Shown here: positions 1-14,000 of the stretch, piece by piece
Layout: every line of letters starts with the position of its first letter
Position numbering within the stretch: the first letter of the stretch is position 1
Source: Bugula neritina
Taxonomy: Eukaryota > Animalia > Bryozoa
DNA length: 64,000 nt
NCBI GenBank assembly: GCA_964035545.1
Contig: OZ037772.1
Location: 1,178,001 to 1,242,000 of the forward strand
Reading direction: 5' to 3'
The notes under the pieces: generated by a model
The model's input: only the letters and a program-made list of their open reading frames with translations
The model's database searches: none
Told to the model about the DNA's origin: nothing
Position numbers and translations under genes: made by a program

Positions 1-1
1 A

Positions 2-3000
2 CTCCCTCGACACCCTATTCAGGGACGAGGGGCAGTCCCAACACATCTCCGGGAGTTATACGAGACGGCCAGTAACGGCTGCGCGAGTAACAGAGAGCGC
101 CAGGCTATGGCCAAGTTACTACGCGACTACGGTGATGTGTTCAGCAGCGGAGAGCATGACGTGGGACTGACTGGAATTGTCAGACACGAAATACCGCTGA
201 CTGCAGGGACAGTCCCTGTCCGGCAGCCCACACGCGGGCTGGGGCCGGAGAAAGAGAAGGAGGTTAGCCGACAAGTACGGGATCTTCTGGACCGGGGACT
301 GATAGAGCCCGCCCATAGTGCGTGGAGCTCGCCAGTCGTACTGGTCCGGAAGAAAGACGGCAGTTGGCAGTTCTGTGTGGACTACCGCAAACTCAATAGC
401 GTAACCATACAGGACGCCTACCCCCTACCTCGTATTGACGAGTCATTGGACGCCCTAGCCGGCAGCAAGTAATTCAGTACGTTAGACTTGCTAAGCGGCT
501 ATTGGCAGGTTCCTCTGAGTCCCGACGCCCAGGAGAAAGCGGCGTTTATCACACGGGACGGTTTGTGGAAGTGGAAGGTGCTGCCCTTCGGGTTAACCTC
601 CGCCCCAGCCACCTTCCAGAGGTTGATGGAACAAGTCCTTAGCGGACTCCATTGGAAGACACTGCTGGTCTACCTCGATGATGTCATCGTAATCTCTCCA
701 GACTTCGAGACACATGTCAGTCGTCTGCAGGAGGTTTTCGAGAGACTCCGAGGTGCCGGTCTTAAGCTCAAACCTTCCAAGTGCGCTCTGTTGCAGCCGG
801 AGGTCAAGTACCTGGGGCACGTTGTCGGTCGAAACGGCGTGGCAACGGATCCCGAAAAGGTACGGGCAGTAGAAGACTGGGTCACCCCTCAAGACTTGAC
901 CGGACTCCGGGCTTTCTTGGGGCTGGTAGGGTATTACAGGCAATACATACCAGACTTTGCGGGCATAGCCCAGCCGTTAAACCGGCTTACCGCAAAGGGA
1001 GTGACGTGGCAGTGGACTCTAGTCGAACAAGAAGCGTTCGACCGCCTCAAGGGCTGCCTCCTAACGGCGCCCATCTTGGCCTACCCAGACCCCACTCTGG
1101 AGTACATCCTAGACACGGACGCCAGTGACCAGAATGTTGGCGCTGTGCTGTCGCAAGTGCAGGAAGGCCGAGAGGTAGTAGTAGCCTACTACAGCAAGTC
1201 TCTCTCTCCCGCTGAACGAAATTACTGCACTACCCGCAAGGAGCTGCTGGCAGTAATCAAGTCAGTGAAGCACTTCAGACCATACCTATATGGCAGGAAG
1301 TTCCGGCTGCGTACGGATCATGCCTCGCTGATCTGGTTGTGCAGGAGAGCAGAGCCCTCTAGTCAGGTCGCCCGGTGGCTCGAAATCCTAGCTGAATTCT
1401 CGTACCGGATCGAACACCGACCGGGCAAGAGACACAGCAATGCGGATGGGTTGAGTCGCCGACCTGACGGAGGTTGCAAACAGTGTCTCAACATCGAGAG
1501 GAGGGATGGAGGTCCCCCACGATGCGAGTTGGAGACGCTGGCTCATCACGGAGCACCGTTTGACTGGGATCAAGGTCAACTCAGGCAAAGAGTTGATGAG
1601 TCCCCGGAGGATGTACAAAACCTCCGCGCCAACCCTGTACTGGCCGGTAATGTTCGAGAGCTGAAGAAGCTCCAAGAAGAGCTGCCTGGAGTCGTGGCAG
1701 ACATCTACCGGGCCAAAAGGGAAGGGCGACGACCCAGCGAGGAACGCATAAGACAGGGATGCGCCGAATTCCGGCTATACTGTCAGCGTTGGGACTCGCT
1801 GCGGATCGGGCAGGATGGGTTGCTAACCATCTCTCTAGCTGCCAGCGGCAGACACCCGGAAAGGAAGAGGGTAGTCTGCCCCACAGCCATCCGCCGTGAG
1901 TTGATTTGGGATACTCACAAGCAGGCCCACGCAGGGGTCAAGCGAGTGATGTCCAAATTACGACTCCGGTGGTATTGGCCGCAGATGGAGCGTGACGTCC
2001 GGCTCAGAGTCAAACAGTGTGAGATCTGCCAGGCCAGTAAGCATAGCCGCCCCCCTGGTGAAGCAGGACGGCGGAGGCTATATGCTGGTAGGCCCTGGCA
2101 AGTAGTCGCTGTAGACCTGGTCGGACCCATGCCCCTGACCCCCAGAGGCAATAATTGGATCCTAGTACTAACCGACCACTTTACTAGGTGGGCGGATGCT
2201 CTGGCTATCCCAGATGCATCAGCCCCAACAGTGGCCAGGGCACTAGACCAACACGTATTCTGTTATTTTGGGCTTCCCGAACAGATACACTCTGATCAAG
2301 GCGCTCAATTCCAGTCTCAACTGATGAGCGACCTTTGCCACCTCTGGGGAGTAAATCAGAGCAGGACCACCCCCTACCACCCTCAAGGTAACGGGGTGGT
2401 GGAGCGCAACAACCGGATGCTAGGTGATGCGCTCCGGAGTCTCCTCCTTGGACGAGGTCAAGAGGAATGGGATACGGTGTTGCCGCAAGTCATGCGTGCA
2501 TACCGTAGCACCCCACACACCAGTACTGGTGAGACCCCAAACCTCTTGATGCTCGGGAGAGAGACTCGTGTCCCTGACCATCTCACCTATCACGTTCCAG
2601 AGCAAGATAACTCAGTCCACGAGTATGCCAGTGAACTAGTGGAACGGATGAAGGCCGCACACGAGATACTGCGTCAACAGCAGTGGAAGGTGCGGCACGA
2701 AGATTCCGATGAACCACCCCTCTATCAAAGAGGAGATAAGGTGTGGATGGTCAATTACCGTAGGCGCCGCGGACAGGCTGATAAGCTGAAGCCTAAGTTC
2801 GTAGGCCCCTACGTGGTCGTCGAGGCTATGCCCAATCATACGTACAAGATTGAGCGCTCAGGACAGGTGTCTATCCAGAATGAGTCTCGCTTGAAACCGT
2901 ATTGGGCTAGCCCCGGCGGAGTGGGAGAAGCCCCCCCGTTGTTAGAGCCCAGGAGGCAGACAACAACGCGCGGGCGACGGCGGCATGGACCTGAATACGA

Positions 3001-3529
3001 AGTGGTCATACCGCGGGAAGAAAACTTGGTGAGAGAGGAGCGGCAGCTTTTGGCAACAGAAGCGTGTCCGCCACCGCCAAGTCTAATTCCATCACTTCCA
3101 GAAACCGAGCCGGTTCCGGAAGTGCAAACCCCCACGGAGGGAGGGGCTCCATCCGGAGAACAAGAAGAGGTGACTGCTGACGGTGAAGTAGAGACGCCAT
3201 TAGAGGCCCCTACTAACGAACCGGCAAGCGTGTCACCCCCCCTAGAAAGGGGACAGCGTACGAGGCAACCCCCCGCATACTTGAAGGACTTCGTATGTGA
3301 CTGCGTTAAAAGCGGCACACATGAAAGTCTAGGGGAAAACCGTATGAGAAAAGAATCGAGCAAATGTGGGAGTTGTCAACACCACGGAAATATCAACTTT
3401 TGTATCGGCGGAAGTAGAAACAAAATTCATCCGCCGGGTGCACAAAGTCTTAATCACGCACCCCAACCACGTTGCTCGATCTTTTCATACGCTGATGCAG
3501 TCAAGAGTAGACGTGTTTCTAAGCAGTAG
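2..3529 (+). pseudogene. pol: Gypsy pol (RT, RNase H, integrase) interrupted by a nonsense codon
   Basis: ORFs 107-472 and 488-3529 are in one frame; TAA at 470-472 corresponds to TAC (Tyr) in copy 2. Motifs YLDD, TDAS, H-x3-H...CEIC, DLVGP, HSDQG, GVVER, GPY. Confidence 0.93.
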
Positions 3530-3553
3530 TTCAAACCATTTCACATATTCAGT

Positions 3554-4630
3554 ATGTCTTACGACAACAGATCGTGGGGTGAGTTAACTATATCTTAATA
3601 CGAAACTAGATTGCATCGCTCAGCTCTGACTCACTGAGTCAATCGAGCTGGAGATAGGTTAGTGAAATACCGTAGTAAGAACTCAGTTTGACTTAGAGAT
3701 TTTTATAATCTCATTGCAATACGGTTCTATCTGACTATTCACTATCATTAATCTCTACGAGGTAACTGAATTAGGAGTTGCCAAGCTGTTCAAGCTGACA
3801 ACACAGCAGTGTACTGTACTAACACTGTTGAAACTTTTTCAGATTACACTCGACCCGCTACAACCAGGGTACGGGATAGAACACTTCCCGCTCCGTATCC
3901 GGAGGACTATGCTAGTGGTGACCGGCCTGAGCCACTACGCCGCCGTTGGCGGTGGGTGTCTCCACAAACCGAAGAAGAAATAGAAACAGCCTGGGGGTCC
4001 AGAGGACGGACGAGATGCCAGATCTGTGGTGAAGATTGCGCCTCTCACCGCTCCCTTAAACTACACGTCAATGCTCATCTCCTACTGACCTTCTGCCCCT
4101 GCGGGTACAATGATGTGTATCCCTACCCCGTCACCAGACACAGAGCGGCGGGCTGTTTCCCTGGAAAAAACTATGTGGTCGACGCCAAGCTGTACCCGGA
4201 GTTCCTCACATATATACGACCTCTGGTAAAGAAGGCCATGCTACTAGCCGTTCTATCCTCGGGGTTCCAACGTGTGTTAGACAACGCCCGCCAACAATCC
4301 CCGTTGGTGTCTGACCGCCCTCCAATTACCTACACCCCCGAGGAAACTACATATCCAGAGGAAGGAGAGATCTCCCCTACCCCGGCGAAGAGACGGACCA
4401 GGTCCCCCAGTCCACCCTTACGCCGCAGACGGACACCGTCCCCAGACCCAGTACGACTAGCTACAGTAGAAGAACGCCTCCTACGATTACAAGAAGAGTT
4501 CACCCAGCTGGCGCCAGATCTACTCAACACTACCACAGGACTCTTCCAGCTGAAGGGATCCGTATGCCGTATGAAACGGAAACTGCGAACATGCCAAGCC
4601 AAGCACCGGCGTGCCCAACAAGGACTCTAG
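3554..4630 (+). CDS. Gypsy accessory ORF3 (zinc-finger / RS-P-rich / coiled-coil protein), predicted spliced: 3554-3578 + 3843-4630
   Basis: ATG 3554, donor G|GTGAGT at 3579, branch point TACTAAC 3817-3823, acceptor TTTTTCAG| ending 3842, phases match; C-x2-C-x12-H-x3-H motif in the product. Confidence 0.75.
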
Positions 4631-4909
4631 TATGCTACCCAGAATACTCCACATTTGGTGAGGAACCAAACTCGTGCAAATGCTTAACTGCTAGACAGGT
4701 TATTCCTTGTCTAATACCACAGCTAGCTAGTATTCCTCGTCTATCTACAGCTGGCCAATTGTATGCAACGGATCGTTATAACGACTCTGTGTATTATTAT
4801 GTCTCTTCCTGTATATTATGTATTATTTTTGTCCACTGATGTATGCAATTACTATTGAATGTTTTTTTATATATATATCAGAAAGATGGCTTTCTGCTGG
4901 TGGGGGCGG

Positions 4910-5214
4910 TGTGGTGGTTCGTGGAACTACCAGCAGCACAACATGTAGGGTCGCGTAATTGACCCGGAACAATGGATAGCCAATTAGCGTAGTTGATAGT
5001 TAGCAGCAATTGTAGTTTCCCGCTGCTAACTCAGTCGAAGCTAGAGTGTGAAATAGATTAGATGTGTAACTTGTTAGAAATAATGTATCGTGTTTTTATG
5101 ATGTATAGTTGTGAATAAAATATACTCGTTCACTCGACTTAGCCTGGTGCAGTTCTATACTAGATAAATAGACTCTCTGGATAGCATATCAACCCTAAAC
5201 TGAAAATTATAACA
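4910..5214 (+). repeat. 3' LTR of Gypsy copy 1 (305 bp, subtype A with AATAAA at 5114-5119)
   Basis: TGTGGTGG...ATAACA, matches the LTRs at 23973, 31162 and 62697. Confidence 0.96.
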
Positions 5215-5398
5215 ATAGCTCAACGTCATGCGTTGTACTTTTCTCAGTGTGTGACGCATGTTGACCAAACGTAACAGCAGGGCAATTTTATTTTTACCGT
5301 ATGGTAAATGTGAATAAGGGGTTAGAGTTGAGGGTTCGAGTTTGGAGTTTAAGAAAACTTATAAACACCAGTAAGCCATTTTTTCCTGCTAGGCTTTT

Positions 5399-5562
5399 TC
5401 CATTTGTGCCCTTGATACCAGAACCATTATTACCTGCGTGCCATTCTACCTGCGTGCCATTTTATTTGTGCCATTTTATACCTGTGCCATTTTACCTGTG
5501 CCATTATTACTTGTGCCATTATTACCTGTGCCATTTTCCCTCTGCCATTATTACCTAAAATC
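5399..5562. repeat. Tandem array of 14-16 bp units (GTGCCATTTTACCT-like), possibly the subterminal region of a DNA transposon
   Basis: About 10 degenerate units visible. Confidence 0.8.
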
Positions 5563-6560
5563 AACTACACTACATCACATGCTGTAGGAACACTATGGCA
5601 CTCTAATTGAAAAATTGTTATCTATAAAGTTTGTTACTTCAAGTACTATACAAATATTATTAGTAACTTGACATTTCTTATCCCTAAGGAGTGTTAAATA
5701 TAAATATAATACTTGAGATAAACATTCTCATGTGATATAATGTAGCCTGAAGTTATATCACATGACTTGACTATTTCTACTACAGTTAGGGTGGGTCACC
5801 CCACAGCCCACACATACAACTACACTACATTACATACTGTAGGAACACTGGCACAGCTGAGGCTAGGCTGACTTATAAGTATGGAATAGTTGACCCAGCA
5901 GTTATATACTTTGTTATAGAGACTCTAATTTTCTAGTATTAGAATATAAATATTACTCTAAAGATTTGGTATATCAGAGAGCCAGTCACTTAACACCAAT
6001 TAACTTGGTTGTCTCAATCAGAGCTGGTCTCTGTGTAGTTCAGTTTGTTTTAAAGGTTCTCTGAAGCTTCCCCAGTCTTTATATGAGCTGCCTTTAAATA
6101 TATACAATAGTTTTAATACAATACAAAGACAATTATTGTTAACACATGTCAAGTAATAGAACAGGAATAAGGCCTCTCTGATAGTTATTTGAATATCTAC
6201 AAGAAGTATAACTAAATATACAATAATAACTACATATCTAGAAACATGTAGAATATTATACTAGAAGAAATCTCTTGTAACAAAGTATTGTTACATAACT
6301 GGAAGATAGAGAAACTATATTTCTCAATTCAGAACACAATCTGCAATCAGCATTCAGTGCTGAAATTAAGCAAAAGCAATGACAGTTGTTATAATTATGA
6401 ATATAATAATATCATGATGTAAATAATGATAATGATATTATATTCATATACCAAATGTCATTGCAGTTCCCTAAGCCAAGCGTAACTGGGTATTGTAGGT
6501 CACGCGACTCAACAGATACACGCCCCTTCTGCTGTAACATTATAACGTCATTGAACACAG

Positions 6561-6606
6561 TCATTCACACGTTGACTGAAGAGGGCTACACACTGATAAC
6601 TCGGAG
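6561..6606 (+). other. Possible non-coding first exon of the TRIM gene
   Basis: Initiator-like TCATTC at 6561 followed by donor-like GAG|GTTAGT. The first coding exon is preceded by an acceptor (TTTTACAG, 8048), so an upstream exon is expected. Confidence 0.35.
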
Positions 6607-8071
6607 GTTAGTATAACATTTATAGACCTAGTTTATCAATAGTCGGCAATCAGTATAAGTATTACATTTACTACATTGCTATAACTATTAGAACTAGATT
6701 CAGTGTTGCAATCAGTTTTAATACCACGCTCGCTACCATCATCATTAAATTTATTTAAAATGATTATCTTAACAAGTTATACTTATAGTAGGTTTATTAA
6801 TATTATTATTTATAACCAGTGAGTCACTTATCTTTACTTTGTGAATTTATGATTGTAACACTGAATAGCATTATCATCATTATAATTATAATAATAATTA
6901 TAATTATGATTGCAAGTTTTTAAATTAATGTTACACTCACTCGATTTGAATATCAGAATATCTTACCACTGGCACTAGTCAGTTATTATTGACAGTGCAT
7001 AGTGATCACTGCATGTGAGACATTGTCATACCCTGCACATTCCAATGCACTGCGCTTCTGTATTCATTGTGAATAGCATATTTAGTTGGCTTATATTATT
7101 TTACTCAGCTTTGATTATACAACTAACACGTACTGCACTGCTCTAATTTATATAACAACACTAGTTGCTGCTATCTTTACCTCTAAATTTATATCATTTA
7201 AAAAACTAACATATTTACATGATAGGTATTAAAATTAAAGTTACATAATTGGAATTGACTATTCTATAGATTACTGAGAATATAAGGTTAGCCGCATTTA
7301 TATGATGTTGTAGACATAAAATATGAGGTTAGTGTTAACAAATCATTTGCTAGGTAAGAGTGTAGAATAAATAATTGGCTAGAGATGAGTGTAGAAGCTG
7401 CCAACTCATGAAACAACTACACCTGACCTAACAGAAGCACAAACATGTTAAATTAGTTTGTTTCACACCACCATAGTTTCTATTAGATGATTAGAATAGC
7501 AAACTAGCAATTGATGGCATGTTTCCTGACAGATGGAAGGGTGACTCTAAGTAACATATTAAATCATGCACCACGAGCACTGCAGAAATGTTAAAATGAG
7601 TTTTGTCATGTAGATTATCAAGGAAACAAAGAATTTCCAACACCCAGCACAAAATATTTCATAGAACTATGTTTTCTCACACTGCTATGTTCCCCCTGTT
7701 TAGTTTCTCACTCATGCTATACACTCCTTGCTATATAATAGTTCAAAGTACACCCTGGGAAGGAACAAAGTCTATCCTATGCTCAGGTGTAGACTCTGTC
7801 TCAGTAGTGTGTCAAAATACTCAGTTAGAAACACATTATTATTGGATGTTCATGAAGTCTCCAGCTTATATAAGCAGCTGAGCCCAATTCTGCTGTTTGT
7901 TCATAAAATTATTACATAACTCACTGGTATTCATGTTTCACTTCTACTCTACATTTTGATGGTCTGGTTATGACTTAGAACTTTGGTTGGGAAACCTTCA
8001 CAGATGTAGTGTAAAATATTATGCTAAGAGTATGTGTATCTTTTACAGGATTTCCTTATCATATAACCAAT

Positions 8072-11000
8072 ATGGCAGAATCCAGAGTTGTGAAAAAAAG
8101 ACTCAACAATTCGTATCGCTGTGGGTACTGCTCGCAGTACTTCAACAAACTTGAAGATCCCAGAACTCTGCCCTGTCTGCATGTGTACTGCATGAGATGT
8201 TTGAAGACTGACATCGGTGGTAGGAAGGATCATATTAGATGTGCTTATTGTAGGTGAGTTACAGTACATAACACAATATATCATATCATAGGCTTGCGTA
8301 TGATTTTCTCACTATCATCTAGGAGTTGTCTGGTCTGTGTCTATGAAAAGCTAACAATACTGTATATTCTATGTGAACTCTGGTTACTAACTTGTGGAGT
8401 GTGTGGATATCTTTTCACTAGGTAGAGAAAGTAACTGTTATGTAGATTGCATCATCAGCTGTCCTCTCTTGTTGAATTGTGGTGCTGTTGGATGTCATGG
8501 GATTGGGGTTGTCTCCTCATTATATTATTTTGTTCTCATACAGTACAAGACTTGTTAGACCAACCTTTTTCATATCATCCCCACTTTCATACATGTTTAC
8601 TATTAATTATCCCCCCTTTAAAAAACGATAATATAGATTACTATGCAATATTATTCCTATTACATTTGAATATAATATAGTTATTTCTGATAATTATATT
8701 ATGCATGTATAAAACACAGAGCAGTTCAATTATTAATATTATGGCTGCAGCTGATGATATTGTGTCAGCTTGCTTTCAAACCTTCCACCCCAACCCCGAA
8801 ACTCCAACCCCAATATTGTAATTAAAACGCATTCATGTAGAAGTAGACTGAGATGACAGAATTGGTTAAATAGATGAGCTAAGATGAATGCTTATAGATA
8901 TACATGTACATGTAACTTGCAAGAGCTCAAAATTCTTTAACAAACTGCTTGAAATTTTCAAAATCGAAATCCAGGCTCCCCCTAAAAAGCCCAAATTCCC
9001 TTTTATAGGGGGATTCTCCCAGGTTGGGAACCACTGTGTTGAATTGACTTGTGTTTACTATCTTCTTTTCTGTGATTATAAACATGTATGATGTTGTCAT
9101 GACAACAGAGTTGCTGTGGCACAAAGTACAGTTTACTAGTATGTAGTGATTGTGTAGTGAGAGTGGAGTGTCTGGTTATTGTCCATGGTTATGTGTAATC
9201 TGTAAGGAGTAGAATTATATTATTTTAATATAATGTTGAGAGAGGTACTTTTATAATGGCAGTTTGCTCAATAGCTTTAGTTCTAATGCGATAGACTCAT
9301 AGCTCTGGAGTCTAGCAGCTGTTACTATTACCACTAGCTGTTCAAAATTCTGCCAACATCCGGGCTGCCAAAGCATAATAGCCATTGACATTAAGGCCAA
9401 GCAGTCACTGGGAAATTATTTGACTAAAGAGCAAGTCTTATGACAATTAGTAGTCAGTCCCTTAGACAGGAAACAGTGATTATGTGACCTATTTAGTTAA
9501 ATCCAGTGCTGAAATTTTAATAGATTATTAGACGGCCATCACAATTGTATTTGGTAGTGAGTTGTACAATATAATATTATGGGGTGCCAATCAGTGTGTA
9601 ATGAAGTCTGTGAATTGAGTGTCTCTTTTAGCTTTGATGAGTTGATTACTTCTTCTACCATCAGTCAGTTGTATTGAGTGTTACTCTGTATTGAGTCATG
9701 AATAGTGCTGAGGATTTGGGCCTTTATTACGCCAACCCACCCCCCCCTCTGACTCAGACTGTGACCCAACCTGCTGCACATACATAGCAGTACTACACTG
9801 AAGATAGTTAACATGTGTATATATCATATACATATATATATAACATATATATATACATGCATATATAATCCTACTAGTAATGGATTACTAAGTACAAGTT
9901 ATCCTATGACTCACTCTTCTTATGCTAGCTGCACGAGATAGGCAACTCTCACACGTGACACGCACTCACAGTGCACTAGCTCTTGACACATTGCCAAGGA
10001 TGATGAAATGACAGTTTCGCGTCACTCCTAGCAGTTAGAGCGGCAGGGAATACTGTTAGTATGTTGTAGTATTTGCTCCTCAGAATTCACCCCTCAGTAA
10101 TTAGTTGCATTGCACAAACTTGCAACAATAGTGAATAATTATTGACAATATGGCCTCCACTCAGTAGTTAACTAGTAATTTGTCTTGTCATTTTACAATA
10201 CAAGTTATAATTGAGTCTATTTGTTGAGTAGCAGTTCTTTGTCATGAGTGACTATTTTCCAGCATATTAGTACATAATATAGTCAAGTGTGTTTTTGTGA
10301 TAGCCTGTGGTCTATAATATAATGAATGTGTGTTGATGAGTGATGAGTATTTATATGAGTATTTGTCAAGGACACAGCTGTGTGTGTGGATGGAGTATTT
10401 CATTACTTGAGATATACTAAGCACAGCTAACACAGGTAACATACTGATTGCTATATATTGTAGGAAAGATCACTATGACATCACAGATCCCACAACACTA
10501 CCAGTAGCTCAGCATGGAGACCCTTTAGAATACAAGTCTCCACCCAAACCTGCACCCATTCTTTGCGATGTGTGTAAAGGTGGAACACAAGCTGCTGTGT
10601 TTTGTCTTGAGAGTCAAAAGAAATTGTGTCAGCAGCATCAAGAAGTGAGTCTTTCTTGTATCATTTCTCAAGATTAGTTACTAAACCAGTTCTGGTTTGT
10701 GTGTAGAATATTATTGAAAAGAAATGTTGAGTCTGTGTGACTTTTTATACTAAACACACAGTTTCACAGTGCAGTGAGTCAACTATGACAGACTTGTTGG
10801 TGAAAATACAACCAACTAAACTGTTGACCTTTATTATACAGAATCACAGAGAGCTGATGGGAAATAGACATCAGTTTATTGACATTGAGGTCTACAGAGC
10901 TTCTCCCCAAAGATATACTATAACTGAATGTGAACATCATAAACAGGAACAGCTGACAGAAGTGTGTTCCAAGTGTCACCAGATATTCTGTATGAGATGT

Positions 11001-14000
11001 GATATGAGGACTGGCTGTAAGGATAAGACAGGTATTTACTTGCTGTTTCTATTTCTGTAGGAAGAAACTGAGAAATGTTACAAGAAACTGTTATTTATTA
11101 TTTTATTATTAAAGTGAGTTATGTAACAGTAAAAGAGGAAGTAAGTTTGTCAGCATTAAGGCTTGTGTGAGACAGAAGTGGATAGTGCAGGAGTTTATAT
11201 TCTCACTGTTATGTTGAATATTTAGTATATTTCATCCTTCAAGTGTCTGTTTCCTTGATAAGATGGTATAGGCATAGCTTTAACTCAGTGGTGTCCCACC
11301 TTCTTCATACCATTCCCCTTTTTATAAATGTTTTCTATTAAGTTTCCCCTCTTTTGAGAAACACTGTAACTTATATTCATAAAGAAAATCAGGGTACAGA
11401 TTTTTTCCAGAAAAGGCCAGTGTGTTTGACATGGACCAGTGTCTGCCACAGCTTCAGTTTAGCTTTGAAAGCATTGATGCTGGTATTAAAAGCAGTGAGT
11501 TGATGATTATACTCATTCATTTTAGGTTCAGAGTTTTTAGTACAGCAAATATATCTACTAGGTATTCAGGAAATATTTTATGGAGATCAGTTTGACTGGC
11601 TGCAACAAATTCCTGTTAGTTTTTGCTTTCAAGAAACTTTTTAACCTCCATTCGTAGTAGAAAGGGTAGCAGCTAGAGTAGAAAAGGAAAAGGCACTTTG
11701 TGTTTGACATGGACCAGTGTCTGCCACAACTTGAGTTTAGTTATAGTCATACATTTACATGTAACCTGGAAAACAAGGCAAGAGCTCAAAGAAATGAAAC
11801 CCCTGAAAAGCCCAAATTCCCTGCAAGGGGAATTCCCCCAAGGTTGGGAGCCACTGCTGTGATTAATGAGCTAACCTGTGAAATATTTCTAGTCCAACCA
11901 ACTGTCTAGTTATTACATAGTATGTGTATAGTGATACATCACCAACCTGTAGTTAGAAGTATAGTAGGTGCAGAATAAGTACAATATCATATCTAAAAAG
12001 GCTTTTATGGATCGTGTGATTTTATGTATACAGAGGAGACAGTAGCATCCCATGACTTGGCATCTTTGAGTGATTTGTCTTGTGAGTTACGAGAAAGTCT
12101 GACTGGTGGAATAGAGACTCTGTCTGAGAAAGTTGCAGAGTTGAATGACATCTCAAAGGATGCCTGGAAAGAACTGAGTAAAATAGAAGATGAAGTGAAG
12201 AAGATGGTTGCCAGAGTAAACTCTGTAGCTGACGCTCAGGTATGCTGACATGATGTCATCTAATGTGTTTCTGTTTGTCTGAAATTAGGTTTTGCATTTG
12301 GTCTTTGAGTTGTAAATAGAAATGAATTTCATTTGCCACTAGAATCAACTGGCCATTAAAGCTTTATCATTCTGTGTAAAAGTAGCAGTAGTCATTCATC
12401 ACATGTTACTCAGTGCAGAGGAACCTGTCAATACAGATGACTCACTCATCCTTCTGCAACTGTCAATCACTCACACACAGAGGTTGGCTGGCTGAGTGAT
12501 TGACAGGTGTCAGGAGGAGGAGACTAGTCACGTGATGTACTAGCTCTCTGCTGTGTATAGAGTGTCACGTGACTGAGTCATTGTACACTCAGTGGGTGAT
12601 CTGTCATTTTCATTTCAAGTGCAGAGGTTGTGAGGTGCAGATGTGGTTACACTGTGTTACTATCTATTAGATAGAAAAGATTAGAAAGAGAGCTACAAAC
12701 CTGAGGCTAGAAATATATGGATATTTGAAGAGCTGCACACAGATAGTGGATAATTATAGAATAGAGCTGGCCTTGAGTAAGACAATGGGCAGACAGTCTC
12801 TGCTGGACACAGTACAACATGCAGTTGATAAGTTCAATGATGCAGGGATTGTGAGAGACTACAAAGAGATGAGTGAGAAGATGGAAAAGGCTACAGATAT
12901 TGGTGTAATAGAGAAGTGTGTACTTCCAGACAGCATCTTGGTACCAACATGTAGGTGGAGTCTATAAATAGTAACACTAACTATAAATAACTTTCTGCTT
13001 GTAATTAGTTGAGTTGTTTTCACTGAGTATTTAATAGTAGAATAAGTAGATAGAGTTTATTTATCAGAGAATTGAGTTTTGTTCTACTCTCACATTATGA
13101 GACATTTCTGCAGTGTTTCAGAGTTTATGATGTATAAGTGAGCTGCTAAACTGTGTTATGCTGACTACCTGCTGTCAGTATTAACAAAATATTCTCACTT
13201 AGACCTGTGCATCACGTAGCAACTTGTAGTAACTACAGACTGCTTGTATTTAAAATATATTTTCATTTTAAGTTTGAAAAGCTGTTCCCACCTCCTCAGG
13301 TGATGAGATTCTCAAGTTATAGAATTGTTATTTTGTTGTTGCAGACAGTGAAGACAGTCTGGGACTGAAGCTGCTGCAGCCACCATCTTCTCTCCAGTCT
13401 GATGGACTTCCTGTACGTGACTTGTGTGTCTCAGTAAACATCTCAGCTGATGGACATCTCATGTGTGGGACACGAGAAGCTGTAGAAGTAAGAAATAGAG
13501 ACACTCTGGATACTATCAGCTCAGTGAAACGCACCAACACTACATGGTGGGGGGAGATAATCCAACCTGAAGGGGTGATGGTTGGCTGCTCGTATAACAG
13601 AGAGGAGAAAACAGTTGAAGTCTCACTTCTTGATCCGAACTCCTTTGAGAAGACTCGCTCTCTCTTCAAGCAGTCAGTAGATGGACTCACTTACTATAGT
13701 ATAGCTCAACACCACTCACTGCTCTGTATTGTAGACAGGAGTAAGAAGCAGCTGGTAGTCTGTAACCTAGTTGACAATAAAATACAGAAGTTCTCACTTC
13801 CTGGGATGAAGTTCCCTGTACCTGTATGCATCCTCCCAGACTCAACTCTCCTCATAGGAGACTACACTGTAGATGGTGCAGTGAGAAGATATAAAGTGGA
13901 GAACACAACTCTCACTCTAATGTGGGAGTTTCCTCGCATCTCACATCCATCTGGTATTTCCTTTGATCCAACATCTGAACTGATTCACATCTGTACACTG

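Larger units (their letters stand above)
1..5214 (+). mobile_element. Ty3/Gypsy LTR retrotransposon, copy 1 (5' part outside window)
   Basis: RT-RNaseH-integrase order in pol, polypurine-like tract 4899-4909, 3' LTR 4910-5214 (TG...CA); nearly identical to 26252-31467. Confidence 0.97.

Noticed and set aside
119-3363. Multiple antisense or alternate-frame ORFs over pol, repeated at 26236-29838
   Set aside because: Shadow ORFs of a GC-rich coding region; their recurrence only reflects near-identity of the copies.
3809-3842. GTG start of the 273-aa ORF in the track
   Set aside because: Lies in the predicted intron and is followed by a stop in copy 2; the spliced model fits both copies.
5399-5562. 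Repeat array and ORF 5301-5558 as a coding or CRISPR-like feature
   Set aside because: Simple tandem minisatellite; the YLCH repeats are a translation artefact.
12440-12530. Intronic hairpin (CTGTCAATCACTCA / TGAGTGATTGACAG) as a miRNA precursor
   Set aside because: More simply the centre of a small palindromic MITE; no further support from sequence alone.
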